Below are positions 38,807-49,164 of a stretch of DNA of 64,000 nucleotides, one piece after another. The notes under the pieces are model-generated. The model was not told where the DNA came from. It saw only the letters and a list, made by a program, of their open reading frames with translations, and did no database searches. How positions within the stretch are numbered: the stretch's first letter is position 1; every line of letters begins with the position of its first letter. The stretch comes from a bacterium (GTDB lineage Bacteria > RBG-13-61-14 > DATKZS01): NCBI GenBank assembly GCA_963674965.2, contig CAXXFL010000005.1, forward strand, positions 448,001 to 512,000. The letters run 5' to 3'. The position numbers and the translations under genes were made by a program.

Positions 38807-39469
38807 ATGGGCGAACTTGTCGATCGTGTCCTCGCGCGCCGGCCGGCGGCCATGGTCCTGGCCGTATTTTTTTGTTTGTTTATGGGGGCTTTTCCCGCCC
38901 TTGCCGGCGAGAAGGGGGCCATGGAGATCGGTCTTTCCTGGCATTATCCCATGGCCCAGGGTGACGCGAGCGAGTTGGAATCGGGCATGGCTTACGGCGC
39001 CATGTTCCAGTACTGGCTGAACTCGACGAGCACCATCGTGGTGGGACTCGACCATCTCAGTTTCGAGGTGCCCTTCACGCTGGACGGCGAGGACGTGGGC
39101 GGTACCTACGTAAGCAACGTGATCCACTTCGGCCTTCGCTACCGTCCCGAGCTGGACCTCTGGATACGGCCCTACGCCGAGGCGGGGCTGGGCATCCAGT
39201 TCTGGAACCTCGAGTACGACGCGGCCTACGTGGACCGGGGAGGAGGAGGGTCGATCGCCTATTGGGCCGGCGCCGGCCTCGAGTACGAGTTCCTTGAGGA
39301 CTTCGCCCTCGGGCTGAACGCTCGCTACTACTACACTCCCCTGGATGACAATATGGAGTACGCCGCCGAGACCATGCCCTCCCGCGACAAGTTCTTTATC
39401 CACAGGGATGAATTGAAATCGGTTGGTTTCTTCGAAGCCGGCGTCGAGATAACGTGGAAATTCAAGTAA
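38807..39469 (+). CDS. Outer-membrane beta-barrel protein
   Basis: Signal peptide; RPYAEAGLG, AGAGLEYEF; aromatic C-terminal strand. Confidence 0.7.
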   Translation: MGELVDRVLARRPAAMVLAVFFCLFMGAFPALAGEKGAMEIGLSWHYPMAQGDASELESGMAYGAMFQYWLNSTSTIVVGLDHLSFEVPFTLDGEDVGGTYVSNVIHFGLRYRPELDLWIRPYAEAGLGIQFWNLEYDAAYVDRGGGGSIAYWAGAGLEYEFLEDFALGLNARYYYTPLDDNMEYAAETMPSRDKFFIHRDELKSVGFFEAGVEITWKFK

Positions 39470-39478
39470 AGGAGACAA

Positions 39479-39997
39479 ATGATGAAGCGGATTCCCTATG
39501 CGGCCGTCGCCCTTGTTTTACTGTTTTCCCTGAGCGCCAGGGCCGAGGCCGGGCCGGCCGGCTCGCTGGCCAACAGAAGCGGATACCTCAGCGTGGGCAT
39601 GGGCGGCGGTTTCATGATGGACCCCGACATGGGCGCGGGAATTTTCGGGCTGGACTACTACGTCACCGACGATATCTCGATAGGTCCCTATTTCCAGATC
39701 GGAAGCGGCAGCCACAACGACTACTGGGCCGTGAGCGGCCAGGTTAAGTTCAGCCCCGCCCTGGCCGGCAACCAGAGGATACGGCCCTATTGGACGGCCG
39801 GCATCGGGTTCGCCAACCTCGATTTCGCCGACCGCAGGGACACCGAGGAAGAAGACGATATCACTTACCTTTTTCCCATCGGGGGCGGGATCGAGTTCGA
39901 GCTGACCGACGTTCTCTCCGCCGACATGGGCGCCGTATGGAACCTGACGGAGGATTCCTTTTCCGGCCTGACCCTGGGCATGCGCTTCCTGCTCTAA
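39479..39997 (+). CDS. Outer-membrane beta-barrel protein
   Basis: Signal peptide; RPYWTAGIG, GGGIEF, LGMRF. Confidence 0.7.
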   Translation: MMKRIPYAAVALVLLFSLSARAEAGPAGSLANRSGYLSVGMGGGFMMDPDMGAGIFGLDYYVTDDISIGPYFQIGSGSHNDYWAVSGQVKFSPALAGNQRIRPYWTAGIGFANLDFADRRDTEEEDDITYLFPIGGGIEFELTDVLSADMGAVWNLTEDSFSGLTLGMRFLL

Positions 39998-40064
39998 ACT
40001 GCCGAGCTATTGGCTGATAACGCGAGCGACGTCCCGGCGGCGGCGCTCGCGATCTATATTACCT

Positions 40065-40382
40065 TCATTCTTCCGGGGCGGCGCACTCGTCGCCGGATTT
40101 CGAGCCGGGCCAAAGGGCCTTAAACCGGCATACTATCCAGCGCCAGTGGAGAATGATATGGACGATCAGCAAGACGGACAGGACCACGCCCATCCAGAAA
40201 TGCACGTCGCCCCACTCGTGCCTGGTCATGCCCCAAACCGTTTGCACGAAGCGCGACCCTCCGTGCCTTCCTCCCGACCCCGGGGGCAGGGCCCATTTAA
40301 TCATGACCCCGATGGCCACTAGACCCACCATGTCCAGGAACATGGCCAGGTCTATCCAGAAATTGATCCATATCTTTTTCAC
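40065..40382 (-). CDS. DUF4405-like small membrane protein (putative heme-b His ligands)
   Basis: GGAGGT SD + GTG start; TRHEWGDVHFW...VHIILHWRW. Confidence 0.72.
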   Translation of the reverse strand: MKKIWINFWIDLAMFLDMVGLVAIGVMIKWALPPGSGGRHGGSRFVQTVWGMTRHEWGDVHFWMGVVLSVLLIVHIILHWRWIVCRFKALWPGSKSGDECAAPEE

Positions 40383-40517
40383 GGTCTTACCTCCGGCTGA
40401 TTTATAAGCGCGGCCGTTTTTTAGTCTTGTCTTATAATACGCCCGGATCCCGGCATTATTGTACTCGAGGTCCATAGTCTTGTTATAATCGGCCATTCGA
40501 TCTTGGGAGATAAAAGC

Positions 40518-41936
40518 ATGAGCGAGGAATTCGGCCTTAAGCGCGTACTTGGTCTTGGCGAGATAGTGGCCATCGAGGTGGGAACCACGGTGGGGGCCGG
40601 CGTTTTCGTTCTCACCGCCGAGGCCGTCAAACGCGCGGGGGCCGCGGTCCCACTCGCTTATCTTTGCGCCGCCGTTCCCATCGTCTTCGTGATGATGACG
40701 GTGGGCATGCTCGGGTCGGCCATGCCCACGGTGGGCGGCAGCTACCGCTACCCTTCCCGTTTGTTCTCGCCGGGATGGGCCATGGTGGGGGTCTGGTGTT
40801 ACGCCCTGGCCATGGTCTTCGGGGCCCTTCCCATGTACGCCGTGTCCTGCGTGCATTATCTCCAGGCCCTTTTCCCGGACTGCCAAATACCAACCAAACT
40901 CGCCGCCATCGTCCTCCTTACCGTCTTTTACGCGGTCAACGTCTTCGGCGTCGAGTTGGCCGCGTCCGTGCAGGGACTGATGGTCGCCGTTCTCCTGCTG
41001 GCCCTCGCGGCCTTCGGACTGGCGGGAATTCCCCAGGTGGACCCCGCCAACTTCAGCGACCTCATGGGCAAGGGCGCGGGCGGGTTCGTCATCGCCGTCT
41101 GCATACTGACCTTCGCCCTCCAGGGATCGAACTCGGTCATCGAGTTGGGGGCCGAGATAAAAAACCCGGCCCGGAACATACCACTTTCCCTGCTGATCGC
41201 CATCCCTCTCGTCGCCTTCCTGTACGTGCTCGTGTCCGTCTCCGCCGTGGGCGGCATGGACCTCGGCGCCTGGATGGAATTCGGGGACAAGGCCAACCTG
41301 ACCCAGCCGGCCCAGGCCATCATGGGCGAGAAGAGCGCCATGTATTATTTCTTCGTCATCGGCGGCGCTTTGTTCGCCTTCACCACCACTTTGAACGGGA
41401 CCTACCTTTGGGCCACCAAGTCGCTCATGGTGGTGGCCAAGGACGGGATGGTCCCTACCGTCCTGGCCAGGACCTCCCGCTACGGAACGCCCACCATCTT
41501 TCTCACCATCTTGTGGGCCCTCTCCTCGGCGGCCGTCCTGGTGGACGCGGGCATGGACACCTTCGCCCAGTACGCGACCATAGGCGGCATGATCGTGTTC
41601 ATACCCTCCATGATCGCCGCCATGAAACTGCCCAAAATGGCGCCCGAGCTTTATAACCGGCCCGGCTTCAGGCTGCGCGGCCCTCTCCTTTATATAGCGC
41701 CCTCCATCGGGGTGGTCTCCTCGGTCCTTTTAATCCTCATCCTCTTCGTCAATCTCGAGCTATGGTCCATCCCCTTTATCGTCTGGGCCATTATCGGGGT
41801 CCCCTTCTACGTGCTGAGAAGGAAAAGCGTGGAGAAAAAAACCGGGGTCCCCTTTTCCGAGTACGTGAAAAACGACCTGCAAAGCATGATCGAAAAGGGA
41901 CTGGCCGAGCAAGACCCGCCGGACGGAAACGATTAA
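40518..41936 (+). CDS. APC-family amino acid permease
   Basis: LKRVLG, VGAGVF, GGSYRY, AEIKNPARNIP, 12 TM. Confidence 0.9.
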   Translation: MSEEFGLKRVLGLGEIVAIEVGTTVGAGVFVLTAEAVKRAGAAVPLAYLCAAVPIVFVMMTVGMLGSAMPTVGGSYRYPSRLFSPGWAMVGVWCYALAMVFGALPMYAVSCVHYLQALFPDCQIPTKLAAIVLLTVFYAVNVFGVELAASVQGLMVAVLLLALAAFGLAGIPQVDPANFSDLMGKGAGGFVIAVCILTFALQGSNSVIELGAEIKNPARNIPLSLLIAIPLVAFLYVLVSVSAVGGMDLGAWMEFGDKANLTQPAQAIMGEKSAMYYFFVIGGALFAFTTTLNGTYLWATKSLMVVAKDGMVPTVLARTSRYGTPTIFLTILWALSSAAVLVDAGMDTFAQYATIGGMIVFIPSMIAAMKLPKMAPELYNRPGFRLRGPLLYIAPSIGVVSSVLLILILFVNLELWSIPFIVWAIIGVPFYVLRRKSVEKKTGVPFSEYVKNDLQSMIEKGLAEQDPPDGND

Positions 41937-42034
41937 TGCGGCCGCCGGGTCCTGACTTGGATCATGGGTGGCGCGGATAGCTACCCGCGATGCGTAAGCC
42001 GCCGGGTGGCGCAGGCAAATTCGGGGACCACATC

Positions 42035-42099
42035 GAATGGCGCTAACTTAAAAAGAAAACTGCCGGAGTAATTCTGGAACGTTTAAGTTAGCGCCATTC
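42035..42099. repeat. Perfect 18-bp inverted repeat at island edge
   Basis: GAATGGCGCTAACTTAAA ... TTTAAGTTAGCGCCATTC. Confidence 0.85.
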
Positions 42100-42121
42100 T
42101 ATGCTGTCCCAATATCCAAAG

Positions 42122-42865
42122 TTATCTGTCAATATAATATTGGGCAAAAAGATCGAAGTTCTCAATGCCAACGCCATTTTCGGTAATTTTTACCTTGTAA
42201 TTTATCAGGCCTTTTCTTTTGCCTTCAATTTTACATATATAAAATCTTATATCCTTGAAGTTTTCCACGAGTTCATTCGGTGACGCGTCCTTCCAGGTTT
42301 GCTCCGTTATTGAGCTTTCCCTCCACGAATAACCTCCACAGGGGCCGGTCAGCTTCTGTTCCGGTTGGGGATTGTATTGAGTTGGATTAGATGCTTTTCC
42401 AAATGGCGTGATTAGTTCCATGGTGTTCAGGTTGATGGTAATATCTTTCATTTTTTCAAGTTGGCCGCTCCCCTGAATAATCACCTTTCCATCATCGGTC
42501 TTGTGAGCTACAAGTCTTTCCTTGCCGACGTTCATCAGGACAAGATTATCTTGCGATTGCATGAGCTTGTACTCATCTTTGGTAATGCCCATATTTTCAT
42601 GATAAGGGAGGGGCTTCCCACCGGATTTTTCGTTTAGATGCTCTCTTGTATAGCTGAGCCACCAGTCCTGGTTGCTCTGTATCGCCCGCTGGAAACGCAT
42701 AATGATATCATTCATTTCGCTCGTCGTGCCTATGGTAAATACTTCTACCTCTGAACTGTCAGGAGGCAGAAACGACCTCAAGTCACCGTAATCGTCTGGA
42801 GGGAGTTCCTTATTACAGCCCGCGAAAAAAACAAGAAGAGCAATAATAAATAAAGGCTTTTTCAT
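42122..42865 (-). CDS. Low-GC hypothetical lipoprotein
   Basis: FAGC lipobox; AT-rich codons. Confidence 0.7.
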   Translation of the reverse strand: MKKPLFIIALLVFFAGCNKELPPDDYGDLRSFLPPDSSEVEVFTIGTTSEMNDIIMRFQRAIQSNQDWWLSYTREHLNEKSGGKPLPYHENMGITKDEYKLMQSQDNLVLMNVGKERLVAHKTDDGKVIIQGSGQLEKMKDITINLNTMELITPFGKASNPTQYNPQPEQKLTGPCGGYSWRESSITEQTWKDASPNELVENFKDIRFYICKIEGKRKGLINYKVKITENGVGIENFDLFAQYYIDR

Positions 42866-42976
42866 GGCTACCTTTCCTCTTCGAAATCTGTGGTTAAAGG
42901 GTGATTTGCAACGGTCTCATTTAATCATAGATTATATCGTTTAATGCAATTTAGTCGTATCCTTTTTCACCTCATA

Positions 42977-43807
42977 TCAATTTCTTTCGCCACAGAGGCT
43001 AGCAATAGCGGCCTTCAATACTTGTAGACAAATTTGGGCAGTGTGCATATCAGGCGCAAACTGCGATGCTATCTGTTCATTTGGATGGATATAATTTCGA
43101 AAATCTCGTAACGCATGACTAAATTTCTTCACATCAAGGTTTAATAACTTGGTTTCACATGCTACATCAATGAGTTGAGAAAGCGTCCATTTATGAAATT
43201 GCTTGACTTTCCCCACATCATCTTTCGGGCAGCTCCTGGCTTGATTAAATACTTTTTGTTTTTGAAGTGCTGTCCCGAGTAGCAAGCCTTCAAGGATACT
43301 CCCACAAAGGAAGATAACGGACAGAGGGCATTCGTGAGCCATACATCTATCTGCTTCTGCAAGGCGATATTCAAGGATCGAAAGAAGTTTTGTATCTATT
43401 GGGACTTTTTTGATTGATATATTTCCAAAGTTCTTATTAAGAAACAAAGTCACTGGGTCTGTTTGAATGTTTTCCTCTCCAAGCAGTCTTGTAACAATTG
43501 AACGGGCTTCTCCATATCGACTATCTCGTTCTCCGGTATTATTCTGTGGATTCTCATATTCCCAAACGTCCAGCATTTCAGCGAGGACTTTACCAACCTC
43601 CGAGTCTTGTCCGACTTCCCAGAATGCACGGAGTCTCTTTGCTTTGGAGTTGCCGTTGAATCCGTATTTATCTGTATATATCTCGATTCCAACTGCTCTC
43701 CGGAATAATGATTCAAAAAATTCGTTGGAAAACGTGAGTACATACCCACCGGACATACTAAAGAGGTCTTCTAGTAGTCGCATTTCCCGAGGTTTTAAGC
43801 TACTCAT
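42977..43807 (-). CDS. Abortive-infection-like protein with HEPN-like C-terminus
   Basis: SGGYVLTFS...SKAKRLRAFW N-terminal domain; LRDFRNYIHP; low GC. Confidence 0.6.
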   Translation of the reverse strand: MSSLKPREMRLLEDLFSMSGGYVLTFSNEFFESLFRRAVGIEIYTDKYGFNGNSKAKRLRAFWEVGQDSEVGKVLAEMLDVWEYENPQNNTGERDSRYGEARSIVTRLLGEENIQTDPVTLFLNKNFGNISIKKVPIDTKLLSILEYRLAEADRCMAHECPLSVIFLCGSILEGLLLGTALQKQKVFNQARSCPKDDVGKVKQFHKWTLSQLIDVACETKLLNLDVKKFSHALRDFRNYIHPNEQIASQFAPDMHTAQICLQVLKAAIASLCGERN

Positions 43808-43926
43808 AGCATATCCTCCATGAAGGGTTCCATGCCCTTAACTCTCATCTCATCCAGCGAAATAGTTGCATAGGTGAATAGGGATGTCAATTATGATTCC
43901 TTAAATAGTATGCCGGAAATCGCTGA

Positions 43927-44078
43927 AGCCACTTTGGAGTGTGGCCGCTTGAGAGCGCTCTCGATGGTCTTGGCTTGACAAGGCTTTGTAATTCAGGGGT
44001 TTGCCACGCGCCAAGACGCTCGGAGGAAAAGCGGCGCCGAGCCGCGGCGCTCCATAGCGGGACTTTTGCAAGAGGCCC
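43927..44078. mobile_element. Degenerate, left-truncated MITE copy 2
   Basis: Aligns to the other copies with many substitutions; right TIR ACTTTTGCAAGAGGCCC. Confidence 0.75.
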
Positions 44079-44248
44079 TTTACAAAGGGGATGCATTGGG
44101 GAGAAATCCATTGTAATATTATAAAGACAATCTTCTTTTTATGCGCTTTACCAATCCTTAGCGCTTGCACGTCAAAAAGTTTTGAAGGGCCGAACGCCGG
44201 CCTGGGTCGGCCCTGACTTTCCGGATTATTTCAGGAGGAGTAACAAGA

Positions 44249-45343
44249 ATGGCTCAAGTGGACCTTAAAAACGACGCGGTCGAGATATCGGCCGACACTT
44301 ACTGGGTGGGCCGGAGGGAAGGGACCCTCCTCGAGCGCAACATTTACCTGCGCGTGTTCAAGAGCGGCCAGAAGGCCGTCAACGTCCTGGTCGATCCGGG
44401 TCCGCCCGAGGACCTGATGGCCCTGTCCAAAAAGGTCGAGAAGACCATCGGCAACCTGAGGAACGTCAACCTTACGTTTATAAACCACCAGGACCCGGAC
44501 GTGGCTTACAACGCCACCTACATCCAGAAGATGAACCCCAACATGCTGGTGCTTTGCTCGGAGGACACCTGGCGTCTTATCAGGTTCTATGGACTGAGCG
44601 AAAAGAAGTACCGGCCCATCGAGCAGTTCAAGAGCCACACCGTGACCCTTCAGACGGGACACGCCCTTTCCTTCGTGCCCACGCCCTTTTGCCATTTCCG
44701 GGGGGCCGTCATGCTCTACGACCATGAAACCCGGATTCTTTTCTCGGGCGACCTCTTCGGAGGGCTGTCCTACGTGCAGGACCTCTACGCGGACAAAAGA
44801 TACTGGGACGGGCTCAAGGCCTTCCACCAGATTTACATGCCCATACAGGAGGCCATCAGTTACGCCATCGGAAATATTCGGAAGCTCGATCCGCCGCCTC
44901 TCATGATAGCCCCCCAGCACGGCAGCATCATCACCGGCGAGTACGTGAACTATTATCTGGACCGGCTCGAGAGCCTTCCCGTCGGGCTCAACCTTCTCAT
45001 GGCCAGCCAGGAAAAGGACAACTTTATCGCGGCCATGAACGAGCTTTTGCTCGAGATCACGCCCATCATCGGGCCCGAGGCCGTGGCCCGGACCATGAAA
45101 ATATTCCAGGCCGACGGGTCCTTTCCCAACGTCATCTTCGCCAACAGCAAGGGGGTCAGCGACATCAAGATCGACCTGCACGCCGCCATCGAGATATTCG
45201 CCGCCGAGTTTATCAAAAGCGCCCCGGACAAGGCCGGGCAGATCGAGGTGGCCGTGCTCAAGGTACTGCTCGGGCGTAACATTCCTCTTCCCGAGAGCAT
45301 GGTGGGACAGGCGTCCGAGACGCCGGAGATTTTCGACCAGTAA
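44249..45343 (+). CDS. MBL-fold oxygen-binding di-iron protein (ODP-like) with C-terminal extension
   Basis: LVDPG, NHQDPD, PFCHFRG, LFSGDLFG, IAPQHG; no flavodoxin domain. Confidence 0.75.
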   Translation: MAQVDLKNDAVEISADTYWVGRREGTLLERNIYLRVFKSGQKAVNVLVDPGPPEDLMALSKKVEKTIGNLRNVNLTFINHQDPDVAYNATYIQKMNPNMLVLCSEDTWRLIRFYGLSEKKYRPIEQFKSHTVTLQTGHALSFVPTPFCHFRGAVMLYDHETRILFSGDLFGGLSYVQDLYADKRYWDGLKAFHQIYMPIQEAISYAIGNIRKLDPPPLMIAPQHGSIITGEYVNYYLDRLESLPVGLNLLMASQEKDNFIAAMNELLLEITPIIGPEAVARTMKIFQADGSFPNVIFANSKGVSDIKIDLHAAIEIFAAEFIKSAPDKAGQIEVAVLKVLLGRNIPLPESMVGQASETPEIFDQ

Positions 45344-45591
45344 TTGGCGGCAGGCATTGATCATCGGACAAGGGCGGCCCGTTCATTATCGAAGAAATGG
45401 GCCGCCATTAATCTCGCCGAAAAGGTTGGGAAGCAATTTACCGCAAATTTATCACGGCCGGCAATTCTTTCCCACCTCATTTGCCGATTTTGATAAATCG
45501 ATTTCCCAACCCTGGCCTCCCCTTTCTCAATTTCAGCATAAGATACTGATAATAATAGATTAATAAGGAAATATCTGCATTTACCCCCCTC

Positions 45592-45607
45592 TGGTATTGC
45601 TTTTGCT
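45592..45607 (+). promoter_or_regulatory. sigma54 promoter
   Basis: TGGTAT-N5-TTGCT ending 45 nt before the ATG; AT-rich upstream region. Confidence 0.6.
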
Positions 45608-45652
45608 TGATCTAAGTAAAAACCATTATTGAAATCGAGGGGAGTGGACTAA

Positions 45653-46624
45653 ATGACAAAGAGATCGATCATATCGTTTTTTTTCGCGCTGATTCTGGTG
45701 ATATTGGGGGTCGCTCGGGCGGGGGAGACCGTTAAGATAGGCGTCATTCATCTATTGGATCATCCCGATCACGCTCAAATGAGGCAGGGTTTTCTCGACG
45801 GCATGAAGGCTAAAGGTTATACGGTCGATTACACGACTTTCAACGCCGACTCTCCCCAATACCCGGAGGAGTACGTTCAGCGGGGCTCGGACGAGGCCCG
45901 GAAGATGGTGGAGGGCGGCGCCCAGCTTCTTTTCACGACCGGCATGTATCACGCGGTGAAGGACGGGGCGGGCCAGACGCCGGTAATCGACGCGGCCTTT
46001 CTTAGTCCTCTTATCATGAAGAACGCCGAGATGAAGAGCGGCAAGATGTACTCGACGGGCAACGCCGCGGGCACGTATCTGAGTTATCCTTTCGAGGAGA
46101 TCGTGAAGTTCGGCAAGGCCGTTTTTCCCGAGGCCAAGAAGATTGCTTACGTTTACAACCCCAATTCCCCGGTCAGCCGCCCGGTGGGCGATATCGAGGC
46201 GGAGGCGAAGAAAGTCGGGCTCGAGGTTGTCGCCATTCCCTTCACCAGCAAGGAAGAGGCCCTGGCCGCCCTGGATAAGGCCAAGGCCGGGGCTCCTTAC
46301 GCTTTCATCACCAACGATATCGCCATCGTGGGCGCGCAAAAGGAGGCCGTCGATTACGGCAAGCAAAACAAGTATCCCATTATTCTGGGCATACTGCCCG
46401 CGGTGAACGACGGGGCCCTGGCGTCTTTCCAGTTCGACTGGTATCGGGCGGGAGAGATGTGCGCCGAGAAGGCCGACGCGGTTTTAAAGGGGCAAAAGGC
46501 CTCGGAGATCCCCATGGAAAAATCGGACAAATTTCTGATGGGCTTCAACGCGAAAACGGCGGAGAGTCTTGGAATAACGGTCCCTTACGAGTGGATCGAA
46601 ACGGCGTCGGTCGTGGCGGAATGA
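45653..46624 (+). CDS. Periplasmic substrate-binding protein (ABC_sub_bind-type)
   Basis: Signal peptide; [14 protein letters not shown]...G...[21 protein letters not shown]. Confidence 0.8.
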   Translation: MTKRSIISFFFALILVILGVARAGETVKIGVIHLLDHPDHAQMRQGFLDGMKAKGYTVDYTTFNADSPQYPEEYVQRGSDEARKMVEGGAQLLFTTGMYHAVKDGAGQTPVIDAAFLSPLIMKNAEMKSGKMYSTGNAAGTYLSYPFEEIVKFGKAVFPEAKKIAYVYNPNSPVSRPVGDIEAEAKKVGLEVVAIPFTSKEEALAALDKAKAGAPYAFITNDIAIVGAQKEAVDYGKQNKYPIILGILPAVNDGALASFQFDWYRAGEMCAEKADAVLKGQKASEIPMEKSDKFLMGFNAKTAESLGITVPYEWIETASVVAE

Positions 46625-46676
46625 CCTTTTTAATTACGAGACATTAATATATTACACGGCCCGCGAGGAGATTAAA

Positions 46677-48608
46677 ATGAAGCTAAGCTTACAAAATCGG
46701 TTTCTGGTTCCCACCGTAATAATAATAGTAATCGGGATCGCCATATCCTCCGCTATTTCCTTTACCTATCTTAAGTCCAACATTCGGAGCGGATACGAAC
46801 AGCGCGTCTCTCAAACGTCGGAGTCCCTCGCGAGCTTCCTCTCCTTCTGGGTCGAGGACAGGCGTCAAGACCTGATCAACGTTTCGGCCGGCAAGATGAT
46901 CTCGACGGCCGTGCAGGACAACTACCTGGGAAAAGCCGCTCGACAAGCCGCCAACGACGAGCTGAGGAGCGTCAAGGAGAAGTACCTCGAGTACGAGAAT
47001 ATCAGCCTGGTCGACAAGTCGGGCATGGTCATCGCCTGCTCGAACGCGGAATACGTGGGCAATATCAGCGTGGCCGACCGCGATTATTTCAAGGAAACCC
47101 TAACCGGCAAGGTGGTGGTTTCGGACGTGGTCAAATCCAAGAGCACGGGCGATCCGGTTTTCGTGGTGTCCGTCCCGGTCCACGCCTCGGAAGGCTCGGC
47201 GGAGGGGGCGCTTTTGGGCGTGGTCGACGTGGGTTACTTCTCGAATAAATTCATCGCTCCCATCAAGCTGGGCGAGAGCGGCAAAATCTATCTTGCCGAC
47301 CAGAACGGTCTTGTCATAGCCGGCTCGGACGAGAAGGCGGTCATGAGCCTGGACCTTGCCAGGACGGACTGGGGCAAGGGTATTCTCGCCAACAAAAACG
47401 GACGCGCCGAGTACGAGCACGATGGAGAGACAAGGATCGCTTCCTACCAGCGGGAAAGCCAGAGAGGATGGACCATTATATCATCGATCGATCGCGCCGA
47501 GATCATGGCCCCCGTATATAAAGTCGGAGGCATTTTGCTATTAATAGGACTGGGATCGGCCCTGGCGGGGGCCTTCGTCATCTTCCTGGTGGCCCGCTCC
47601 ATCTCCAAGCCCATCACCTATATCATCGAGGGACTTGACGACAGCGCCGACCAGTTGGCCTCCGCCTCGGGCCAGGTCAGCTCCGCCAGCCAGCAGCTTG
47701 CCCAGGGGACTTCCGAGCTGGCCGCGGCCATCGAGGAAACCACCAGCTCGCTCGAGGAAATGGACTCGATGACCAAGCAGAACTCGGCCAACGCCCAGCA
47801 GGCCAACGTGATGATGGAGGAAGCGGCCAAGATAGTCGGAAACGGCCAGGAGTCCATGTCCAGGCTGGCCACTGCCATCGAGGAAATCAAGACCTCCTCC
47901 GACGAGACGGCCAAAATCGTCAAGACCATCGACGAGATAGCCTTCCAGACCAACCTGCTCGCCCTGAACGCCGCGGTCGAGGCCGCCAGGGCCGGAGAGG
48001 CGGGCAAAGGCTTCGCCGTCGTGGCGGAGGAAGTAAGGAACCTGGCCCAGCGCTCAGCCGAGGCCGCCAGAAACACCTCCAGCTTGATCGAGAGCGCCGT
48101 GTCCAACGCGGACAGGGGGGTAAACATCGCCGACGAGACAAGTAAGGCGCTCGAGGAAATAACCGAGTCGGCCAAGCAGGTTAAAGCCCTGGTCGCCGAA
48201 ATCGCCGCCGCCAGCGCCGAGCAGCGCCAGGGTATCGAGCAGATAACCATGGCCATGACCGAGGTGGACTCGACCACCCAAAGCAACGCCGCCAGCGCCG
48301 AGGAGTCGGCCTCCGCCTCGGAGGAACTGAGCTCGCAGAGCGAGGTGCTCAAAAGCATCGTGTTCCAGCTCGCGGACATCGCCGGTGGAGGAGCGAGTCA
48401 CGTCGGGCGCTCCAATAAAAAACCGACGGGAAGGAAACCCGGAAAATCCGGCGAGAAAAGGTACTACAACGACGAGGACTTCACTGACTTTTCCTCCGAG
48501 TATGACGACGGACGCTACGAAGGCAAGGGCAACGGGTCCGCCAAGAGCAAGGTCGACCCCTCAAGTATTATTCCGCTCGACGATAACGAGGAATTGTCCA
48601 CCTTCTAG
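46677..48608 (+). CDS. Methyl-accepting chemotaxis protein with dCache domain
   Basis: Two TMs; [45 protein letters not shown]-terminal ELSTF. Confidence 0.95.
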   Translation: MKLSLQNRFLVPTVIIIVIGIAISSAISFTYLKSNIRSGYEQRVSQTSESLASFLSFWVEDRRQDLINVSAGKMISTAVQDNYLGKAARQAANDELRSVKEKYLEYENISLVDKSGMVIACSNAEYVGNISVADRDYFKETLTGKVVVSDVVKSKSTGDPVFVVSVPVHASEGSAEGALLGVVDVGYFSNKFIAPIKLGESGKIYLADQNGLVIAGSDEKAVMSLDLARTDWGKGILANKNGRAEYEHDGETRIASYQRESQRGWTIISSIDRAEIMAPVYKVGGILLLIGLGSALAGAFVIFLVARSISKPITYIIEGLDDSADQLASASGQVSSASQQLAQGTSELAAAIEETTSSLEEMDSMTKQNSANAQQANVMMEEAAKIVGNGQESMSRLATAIEEIKTSSDETAKIVKTIDEIAFQTNLLALNAAVEAARAGEAGKGFAVVAEEVRNLAQRSAEAARNTSSLIESAVSNADRGVNIADETSKALEEITESAKQVKALVAEIAAASAEQRQGIEQITMAMTEVDSTTQSNAASAEESASASEELSSQSEVLKSIVFQLADIAGGGASHVGRSNKKPTGRKPGKSGEKRYYNDEDFTDFSSEYDDGRYEGKGNGSAKSKVDPSSIIPLDDNEELSTF

Positions 48609-48793
48609 AGCTTCTTGCAAAAGTCCTTTTCTTTGCGGCATAGCCGCTTTGGAGTGCGGTCGCTTGAGACCGCTTTCGATGGCCTTGGCTTGACAAGGCC
48701 TATTAATACACCGGCTTGCCTCGCGTCAAGCCGCTCGGAAGAAAAGCGGCGTCGAGCCGCCGCACTCCAAAGCGGGAATTTTGCAAGAGGCTC
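48608..48793. mobile_element. MITE copy 3 (186 bp)
   Basis: TIRs GAGCTTCTTGCAAAA / TTTTGCAAGAGGCTC; TCTA duplicated. Confidence 0.85.
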
Positions 48794-49164
48794 TCTAAAA
48801 ATAATTTCGGGTAAGAGAACGTATCGCCTATATTCAAGGCGTTTAATTCCGACGCTTGATGGGAAGATAAACGCCCGTGACTCGATAAATGGTCCCGGCA
48901 TTGACTTCAAGGTCTTGGCCGGGACTCGACTTCATAACTCTGCCTCGAGACCCCGGCTGAACTGACCCCCCTCGCGCCTTCCTTTCCGGTTTGCGATTTG
49001 GCGTTGACAGGCACTTCCATTTTTGCTAAGCAATGAAAGTTCCAGGCCGGTCTTTTTATCCAACGGACCGGGTGGGGATGAGATCGCGCACGCTCCCCGA
49101 CGCGGGCGAGGCCGGGGGAACTTGCCGGCCATATCTTTAATTATCGTCCCTCCAGGAGGTGCAA

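Noticed and set aside
42041-42093. attC-like CGCTAAC...GTTAGCG
   Set aside because: Does not fit RYYYAAC/GTTRRRY, the symmetry extends outside the core, no L boxes are evident and no integrase is present
43835-43897. Possible degenerate attC upstream of the Abi-like gene
   Set aside because: Only GTTAAGG and a short CATCC/GGATG pairing; the inverse core lacks AAC
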